From the NCBI GenBank assembly GCA_022821275.1, contig JAJEDY010000002.1:28561-92560 (forward strand): a stretch of 64,000 bases of DNA. The letters run 5' to 3'. The notes beneath the pieces are model-generated. The model was given only the letters and a program-made list of their open reading frames with translations, ran no database searches and had not been told where the DNA came from. Made by a program: the position numbers and the translations under genes. The DNA comes from Candidatus Latescibacterota bacterium (GTDB lineage Bacteria; Latescibacterota; UBA2968). Of this stretch, positions 45,336 to 53,000 are shown piece by piece (within the stretch, counting starts at the first letter, position 1; every line of letters starts with the position of its first letter).

Positions 45336-47534
45336 TCAGTTCCCAGGATCTAAAACCTCGTACTCACCCTGCGCCCATGCGTCTAACCCAGACGTATAGT
45401 ATTTGGAAAAACGGCGATCAGAAGCTCCCCCTGCAACATTTGTGTGTAGCACATCCTCTCCAAAATCGCAAATCATTCGAAAAGTTGGTGCAAGCGCGCC
45501 GCCTTTGAACACGCCAGCTTGAGAAACCGTCGAACGACTCCCAATATTTGCAAACGAATAATCAAAACCCAAAACCCTCGGCAACTTCCCCCTGAAAAAA
45601 ATATGCTCAATATAAACCTTACTCACCTCGCCGTGCGGCACGGCTTTTTCCCTCAACCCGCGCTCAATCGCCGTTCGATACAGGTCTTCGCGCGACTGAT
45701 CTCCAAACCAGACCGATGCCTCGCTCAAAAGAATGCGATCAAAATATCCATGCAGAACACTGAACAGTGTCGTACCATCCAGCAAATGGATCATCATCTC
45801 TCGCCCCAAACCACTATCCCCAAAAACGAGCAAAACGAGTTCGCGATAAACGCGCTCAAAAAGCGTCGCCCCCAGCGAATCCGCATCATAACAAAGATCC
45901 CAGTCCCGCAATATATCCCCGTTCTCCGATTCTGGTAACAACGGACGTATAATTGCCATAAACTCCCTGGCCTGAATTGCGTGGAGGTCGTAGTGAATCC
46001 GCTTCATATCTTCTACGGTCAGGTCACCCTTCTCCCGCAATAGCTCACAAATTCGATCCGCGCGATAAGACGAAATCGACAATTTCATCGGATCAGTCTG
46101 CCCCATAAAATTGAGATCCTGATTTGCCGTCACAATAAAATCACATTCTGGATTCATCGCACGCGGATACAATATTGGATCGACCATCCCATCCCAATTC
46201 TGTTTCTCATCCCACCCCAAATACGGAAGCAACCCCGATGTCCCCTCGGGTTGTTTGGGCACCAGCCCCCCGAGTTGATAGCCAATATTCCCCGCCCGAT
46301 CTGCAAACACCCAATTAAACGGCGCAAATGTCAACCCCGAAAAATAATCCCGTGCCTCTTCAACACCCTTTGCCTTTACAATTCTAAAAACACAATCCAG
46401 CGCATCCGCACCCGTTCCTTTTTGCTGCTTGCCCGTCCACGCATAACACAAATAATACCCATCCTCATCGACCTCACCTTCCAACAAACCGCGATCCGTT
46501 TCGCAAACACGCACCCCTATCGGATCCCGTTTTTTGGGCCGAATGACCTCTTCCCGCACACGCAAAGGCATCCATTTATCTCCACGCCTGTACCTCCCAT
46601 CCTTCACCTCCTCCACAAAATAATCACACACATCGGCGGTACCATAAGTCGCTGCCCACGACAAATGTTGTGATCGTCCCATAGCCACAACCGGCAATCC
46701 CGGCAAAGTCGCACCCATCAAATAGTCCTGATCCCCAGCCAGCACCGCCGGATACCACACCGAAGGCAATTGCAATTGCAGATGCGGATCCCCACACAAC
46801 ATCGCCCATCCAGATGCCGTCTTTGACGGACGAACAGCCCAATTATTGCTCGCTGAAAAATCGGGCAACAAATCGCGCCACATCACATAAGATGGAATCA
46901 TCGGACGCACCAGACGCACCTTCTTTATCAAATCGATGTACTCCTCTGATACATCATCCCGAATCGCCGGAAAAAGTTCCTTCAACCGCCCGATATCCAC
47001 ACCCTTTTGAATCAACTGAACAATCAACTTCTCCATATCGCCTTGCACTTGTGAAAGCCCCACAAACCCGATCAGCTTGACCATCAGCAGTGCATCTGCC
47101 GGCGTCCACTCATCCGGTTGATATCCCATCAGCTTAAATTCAAAAGGCGTTCCCGTTGCGCGAACCGCCTCATTCACCCCCTTGCAATACGCATCCAGAA
47201 CCGCTTGCAATTCCGGTGACAAATGCCGCGCTTCCCGATCTGCATCACCCGCTATATTGAGCCAGCGCATAAACCGATCTGCCTCAATCAAATTCTCATC
47301 CGCTTTCAGATATGCCGACGCATTCCCGCGTCCAATGAGCTTCAGCAACCACATATGCATCTGCCGATCCCGACCATGGGCATAACCCAGACCGTAATAC
47401 CGGTCTCCTTCATCCCGCGCCAAAATATGCGGAAACCCATGCGCCATCCGCCGAATACACACCTCGCCTTTAATACCTGGTATCACAATTTTTTTTGCAT
47501 CGCGTTTCATGCATTGACCTTTTACACATTCCAC
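45336..47534 (-). CDS. Penicillin acylase family Ntn-hydrolase (penicillin amidase/AHL-acylase-like), no signal peptide
   Basis: 730 aa, GYAHGRDRQMHM, and the catalytic beta-subunit N-terminus SNNWAV. Start may be the second ATG (47510, MKRDAKK, preceded by AAAAGG). Confidence 0.75.
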   Translation of the reverse strand: MECVKGQCMKRDAKKIVIPGIKGEVCIRRMAHGFPHILARDEGDRYYGLGYAHGRDRQMHMWLLKLIGRGNASAYLKADENLIEADRFMRWLNIAGDADREARHLSPELQAVLDAYCKGVNEAVRATGTPFEFKLMGYQPDEWTPADALLMVKLIGFVGLSQVQGDMEKLIVQLIQKGVDIGRLKELFPAIRDDVSEEYIDLIKKVRLVRPMIPSYVMWRDLLPDFSASNNWAVRPSKTASGWAMLCGDPHLQLQLPSVWYPAVLAGDQDYLMGATLPGLPVVAMGRSQHLSWAATYGTADVCDYFVEEVKDGRYRRGDKWMPLRVREEVIRPKKRDPIGVRVCETDRGLLEGEVDEDGYYLCYAWTGKQQKGTGADALDCVFRIVKAKGVEEARDYFSGLTFAPFNWVFADRAGNIGYQLGGLVPKQPEGTSGLLPYLGWDEKQNWDGMVDPILYPRAMNPECDFIVTANQDLNFMGQTDPMKLSISSYRADRICELLREKGDLTVEDMKRIHYDLHAIQAREFMAIIRPLLPESENGDILRDWDLCYDADSLGATLFERVYRELVLLVFGDSGLGREMMIHLLDGTTLFSVLHGYFDRILLSEASVWFGDQSREDLYRTAIERGLREKAVPHGEVSKVYIEHIFFRGKLPRVLGFDYSFANIGSRSTVSQAGVFKGGALAPTFRMICDFGEDVLHTNVAGGASDRRFSKYYTSGLDAWAQGEYEVLDPGN

Positions 47535-47591
47535 TTGTTTCTATTATAAAATCACGCTATTTTATTTTTTCAAAATTAAAAGGATACTTCA

Positions 47592-47819
47592 ATGAGTAAT
47601 TTCGTAATTTGCATTAGTAATGAAAGTAATCCCGCAAGTCTAATTGTGGGCAAAGCCTATCGCAAATTGCCAGATGCAGATGCAGAAAGCAAGGGCCTGT
47701 CCCGTATTGTTGATGAGGACACATCAGAGCTTGATGGCTACCTCTATCCATCGTCCATCTTTGTACCTATTGACTTGCCAGAAGTAGCGGAAAAGGCTTT
47801 CATGGCGTCGAGAGGTTAA
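47592..47819 (+). CDS. Hypothetical small acidic protein (low-GC islet)
   Basis: 75-aa ORF, no motif recognised. Confidence 0.3.
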   Translation: MSNFVICISNESNPASLIVGKAYRKLPDADAESKGLSRIVDEDTSELDGYLYPSSIFVPIDLPEVAEKAFMASRG

Positions 47820-47849
47820 TGGTAAAACTCAAATAGATCAAGTAGAAAA

Positions 47850-47889
47850 CAAAAAGCGGAGCTCTGAAAAATGCTCCGCTTTTTGTTTT
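47850..47889. terminator. Bidirectional rho-independent terminator
   Basis: A5-AGCGGAGC-loop10-GCTCCGCT-TTTTGTTTT. Confidence 0.6.
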
Positions 47890-47988
47890 GAGATTCGCCT
47901 GCTCAGGATGAGCTTATCAGCCGAGTTTGAACAGAATGAGCGTTCCAAGAGTGATAAGCGTGGTAAACTGAATGCCGATAATCCACCT

Positions 47989-48123
47989 CTAGCCTGTTTC
48001 CAAGCTGGTCAATCGCGTCTCGAGGCTGGACAGGCGCTTGTCTATCTGCTCAACAATGCCTTCAATGCGAGACAAGCGGGCGTCAAATTCTGCGAGTTTG
48101 CCTTGTGGTGTTGGAATCTGCAT
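47989..48123 (-). CDS. Hypothetical 44-aa coiled-coil peptide
   Basis: MQIPTPQGKLAEFDARLSRIEGIVEQIDKRLSSLETRLTSLETG with AAGGGAAAAACC upstream. Heptad-like Leu/Ile spacing. Weak call. Confidence 0.25.
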   Translation of the reverse strand: MQIPTPQGKLAEFDARLSRIEGIVEQIDKRLSSLETRLTSLETG

Positions 48124-48192
48124 GGTTTTTCCCTTTTCGATACTCCTGATATCATAATATACCGTCATGGGCATCATTTTACAATTGTGATC

Positions 48193-49731
48193 TTACTCCC
48201 ACAATCGTCTGTCCAGACTTCGGTACTGAATCGCCTCGGCAACATGGCGCGATTGGATATCCTCCTCCCCCTCCAGATCTGCTATCGTGCGGCTCGCCTT
48301 CAGAATGCGATCATACGCCCGCGCCGAAAGCCCCAATCGCGTAATCGCCATCCGCAACAACTCCTCGCTCTTATCATCTATTTTGCAAAACATCCGAATC
48401 TCTCGCGACCCCATATGCGCGTTGCTAAACAAATCTCTATAATCCGCGAACCGGTCCAACTGTATTTGCCGCGCGGCTTGCACGCGCCTGCGAACCTCTG
48501 CTGAAGACTCGCCGGCGGGTTCCTCAGCCAGTTCTTCATACGGCACAGCCGGAGCTTCCACGTGAATATCAATGCGATCCATCAATGGACCCGAGATCCG
48601 ATTGACATAGCGCTGCACCACAGGTGGCGAGCAAATACACTCGTGGTGTGGATCTCCCAAATACCCGCATGGACACGGATTCATGGCGCAAACGAGCATA
48701 AACTGCGCGGGATACGAAAGCGACACCGCCGCGCGTGCAATCGTCACAAAACTGTCCTCAACAGGTTGGCGAAGAGATTCCAGAACCTGTTTCTTAAACT
48801 CGGGAAGCTCATCCAAAAACAGCACCCCGTGATGAGCCAACGACACCTCTCCCGGCCGAGGATAGGGACCCCCACCGATCAACCCCGCATCTGAAATCGT
48901 GTGATGCGGCGAGCGAAACGGCCTGATCGCCACCAGTGCTGTATCGGGCGGCAACAACCCCGCCACCGAGTGAATTTTTGTCGTCTGCAGAGCCTCATCC
49001 AAGGTCAGATCGGGTAAAATGGTCGGCAATCTTCGGGCGAGCATCGTCTTACCCGATCCGGGAGGCCCCATGAGAATCGCGTTATGCGCGCCCGCCGCTG
49101 CCACCTCCAGCGCGCGCTTGGCATGCTCTTGCCCGCGCACATCCTTAAAATCCACCCGATGCATCCGCGCCTGCCGAAAAATCGCCGTGCTATTGATTTC
49201 AAAGGGCATGATATCGCAGTACCCCTCAAAAAAATCCAGTGCCTCACTCAAATCGCGCACCGGCAAAACATCTAACCCGCCTGTAATCGCCGCCTCTCGC
49301 GCATTCTCCACAGGAACGAGCAACCCTTTTAAACCCGCCTTTTTGGCTTCCACAGCCATTGACATCGCACCGCGTACGGGCCGCACCGTGCCATCTAAAG
49401 CCAACTCGCCCAAAATGAGATATTGCGACAACCTCTCGGGAGAAATAGAACCGCTCATCGCGGCAATAATGCCGATCGCAATCGGCAAATCAAATGCCGA
49501 GCCTTCCTTTCGGATATCTGCCGGTGCCAAATTCACCGTAATCCGATTATTTGGAAATGTTCGCCCGGCATTTTTAATCGCAGCCATCACCCGATCTCGG
49601 CTCTCCTTCACAGCGCTATCGGGCAAACCCACCACTGAAAATGAGGGAAGCCGACGCGAAATATCCGCCTCAATATGCACGATATACGCATCAATACCCA
49701 GCGTTGCACAACTCAACACACGCGCAGTCAT
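48193..49731 (-). CDS. yifB: YifB/ComM family Mg-chelatase-like AAA+ ATPase
   Basis: N-terminal Lon-protease-like domain, GPPGSGKT Walker A, and C-terminal ChlI-like domain with the Zn-ribbon-like CPCGYLGDPHHECICS. AAGGAGG precedes ATG. Confidence 0.85.
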   Translation of the reverse strand: MTARVLSCATLGIDAYIVHIEADISRRLPSFSVVGLPDSAVKESRDRVMAAIKNAGRTFPNNRITVNLAPADIRKEGSAFDLPIAIGIIAAMSGSISPERLSQYLILGELALDGTVRPVRGAMSMAVEAKKAGLKGLLVPVENAREAAITGGLDVLPVRDLSEALDFFEGYCDIMPFEINSTAIFRQARMHRVDFKDVRGQEHAKRALEVAAAGAHNAILMGPPGSGKTMLARRLPTILPDLTLDEALQTTKIHSVAGLLPPDTALVAIRPFRSPHHTISDAGLIGGGPYPRPGEVSLAHHGVLFLDELPEFKKQVLESLRQPVEDSFVTIARAAVSLSYPAQFMLVCAMNPCPCGYLGDPHHECICSPPVVQRYVNRISGPLMDRIDIHVEAPAVPYEELAEEPAGESSAEVRRRVQAARQIQLDRFADYRDLFSNAHMGSREIRMFCKIDDKSEELLRMAITRLGLSARAYDRILKASRTIADLEGEEDIQSRHVAEAIQYRSLDRRLWE

Positions 49732-49760
49732 CAAAACCTCCTTGCCTGAAAAACACTTGA

Positions 49761-49781
49761 GAATTAGGAATTAAGAATTGC
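49761..49781. repeat. Three tandem GAATTNN heptads (gaattag gaattaa gaattgc), 35-55 nt upstream of the yifB start
   Basis: Seen directly. The same heptad family and the exact 13-mer GGAATTAAGAATT recur at 55761-55797. Confidence 0.5.
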
Positions 49782-50075
49782 CCCGCCACCCGGATAAACG
49801 TGCGACGGTTTCAACTCTTTATTCGCATTGAATGAAGTCCTAAAATCAGGCAAGGAGCGTGCCAGAACCGATCAGATCATAACTTGTTGTTATAGAAACA
49901 AATACGTAATACCAAAGCAAGTGTGCGTTGAACGATGTGTTCACAATGGGTGGTTTGGATAGAACAAAATGTGCAAAGGAAAGAGCAGGGCGCGAGGGTT
50001 TCACATAAAGACACGAAGACACAAAGAAAGGCAAAGAAGGGGCTGGAGACTTGAGGCTGGGGCTGGGCGGACTGA

Positions 50076-53000
50076 CTACTCATAAAAAAACAAACTCTCT
50101 CGTTCTCGACAAAATTCGTAAAACGCCTTGAAACATCGGTTGGCTTTTAATGCGTCCTCTGATTGTGGAATGGCAGAGAAAAATGCCCGGCTACCCACCA
50201 CAATCAACTTTTGTCTGGCGCGTGTGATCGCCACATTAAAGCGATTGGGATTGTTCAAAAATGGACTGGTGACATAGTCGGGATCGGATGTGGTGAAAGC
50301 ATACAAAATGACATCGCGTTCCGCGCCCTGAACGCGTTCTACCGTATCGATCAAGGGCAATTTGGCATTGGCATCGCCCAGTCGCTTTGCAAGGCTGTCA
50401 GCGGTGGCGTTATTTTGTGCGCGGTGGGGAGAAATCAGAGCGATTTGATCGGCATCCAAACCGTGTTCGGCGATCAACCGATGGGCGAGTTGGGTTGTGA
50501 TCTCGATTTCTTCATCGGATTTCTGGTGGTGACCGCGGTGATCTACGATGAGGAGTACGACCGGTTTTGCCGGGTCGAGAACGCGATCTAACAGATCGCG
50601 GTGGTCGGTGTGTTGCAGCGCGAGGCGGTTTCGCGCATTGCCAGCGTCTGCGCGAAGTTCGCCATCATACCACATGTGACTGGGAAAAGAGCACAAGTCT
50701 TCGTTCATTCGATACGTGCGATCCAGGCGGACGCGGTGGGCAGAGTCGTATTGACTGAGCAGATAAGACAGCGCGGAATGGTGTGTGCCATTTTCCTCCT
50801 TGCGATCTGACAGGACAATGGGTGGCAATTGTTTGGTGTCTCCTGCAAACAGGAAATTCCCCTTGCCATAGAGCAAGCTCAACAGGGCCTGGGGAATGAG
50901 CATCTGAGATGCCTCATCGAATACAACCCAATCAAACACCTGTGGGAAAGTTCCCTTGTGACCTTCAAAAAGCTGATAGAGGCCAAATCCCGTGGCACCC
51001 AAAATCGCATAAGAAGACTCTGCAAGTGTTTCCACATCCTCTAAGCGTTCTACCCCGCGCTCTGTCAAATCCCACCGTCCCAATTTGAAGCATCGTGCGG
51101 GAAAGCCTTGCAAGCCGTGTTGTTCCACGAGCGCGACCACTTTGGCGAGCACCTGGTCAATGGCCTGATGCGTCAACGCGCTAACGGCAATCCGAAACGG
51201 CCTGCCCTCCTCTTGAGCATGCAGGATCAATGCAATGAGTATCCAACCCAACAAGTGCGTTTTGCCCGTTCCAGGCGGCCCTTCAATCAGGCTCAAGCGA
51301 TGTGTAAAAGGCAATGATAATGCCTGTTGTTGCGTCTCATTGAGTCCTGCTATTGCGCCAAATCCGCGCATCCAATTTTGCACCCATCTCAACGCATCGG
51401 GTTCTCGCGCCGCCTGCCAGTTGCCGGACAGAAGTTGTGACAGGGGATGCGCGCGGTCTTCCGAAAAAACGGTCTGAACAGCGTGAACCAGCCGAGGGCC
51501 ATTCCAATCGGTCAAGTCCTCTTCCAGAGAATACATAAGCTTCGGATTTAAGGCCAATCGCCCCTGCCGAGATTGTACCCATAAGTGCTCTGCGCTGTAA
51601 TCTGTAAGGATGACGGGCAAACCGTTTTGTACATCTGACAGGCCAATGGGCGCGAGTTTGAGAAAATCGCCCGCGCGGAATTTTGAGAGGCCGGTTTCTG
51701 GTACAATTTGAAATTCGTAGAGAAAACGGCCTTCGCGGTCAAGCGTGGTTTTTCGAAAACGGATGGGGCCCAGGGCGCGAAAGCGTTCCACGCGCTCAGA
51801 CAGGGGAAGGGCTTGTACGGCGAGCACGTCTTCTTCGTGGAGCCGCCGCTCCTCGGACAGAAAATTCAAATAGGCCGTTTGTGTGCTCTGCATATCATCT
51901 ACCGCGGGATCCCATTCGCCCTTTTCCCACGCGCTCGTCAAGTGCGAAGACACCCATTGCCACAGCGATATTTGCAAGCGCAATACGGTGTTGAGATATT
52001 CGACCATTTTTTTTTCTTGTATCCCTTCGCCATCATCAAAATGAAACAGACTTTGCGGCTCATTGAGTTCGGCATTGAGACCCAACAGGCGGTTGAGTGC
52101 GAAAAGCGTGGGATTGCCCGGCATGGGAAAATCGAATTGCGAAGCAATCAGCTTTTGTAAATCTGTGCGGTGGTTGCGATGGGGCAAAAACAAAAAAGAC
52201 AGGTCTTCTGATCCCTCGCACCAATCCTCAAAAGTCTGCCAGCAGCGCGTTCCAAAATGAAAAACATGTGGCCCTCGTCCGCCTTTGATACCTCGATTCC
52301 AGACGGACAAAAAACGCGCCGTGAAATCCCGCAACGCCTCTGGCAACTCGCCCTCTGATGCGACTTCGAGGATCTGGCTCTCGACCACCGTTTTCCCCTG
52401 CAGGGCGCGCCAACCTATCACGCGTGGGTGTCCCGAAACGGAGTCTTCTGCGATGTGTATGAAAATGGCTGTGGATAAATTACTCGGATAAGACCGCGTT
52501 TGTTCTTCCTTCAGACCGATTTTATTTTCTTGTAGCGCGGCGAGTTGGCCCGAAAGTTGTGTTTTCTGGTGTGGGCTGAAAAGATCGTCCCCGGAAACGG
52601 AAACAGATTCAAACCACGCATGGGCAGATGCGATGGTTTTGAGATCGCATTGGCGAAACTTTTGCAGCGCACCCGCGCTCAAATGCGGCACAAGCTGAAT
52701 ATCCTCTTGAAGTGCATCCCGATAACACGCCTCAAAATTGGGGCACGTCGTACAGTGGGTTTGGAGGTGATAACGCGCGCGGGCTGGGGCGCGTTGCAAT
52801 ATGCTGTTCATATTTCGAAACAGCGTGGGCAGTGCCGCCAGGTAGGGTTCGAGATCAAAAATGTGCGGTTCGGGCGTTTTGTCATGCCGAGAAGAGCGCA
52901 GCATCAAGAACCCCGAAGATGCCACGCACATGGGCAACTCGTGTTGCGCGATCACGCGGTCGAGTATATAGGCGTAAAATGCAACCTGCCACTTCTGTGT

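Noticed and set aside
47908-48504. 198-aa plus-strand ORF spanning the terminator region and the yifB 3' end
   Set aside because: It crosses a strong bidirectional terminator and overlaps the yifB C-terminus antisense. No motif.
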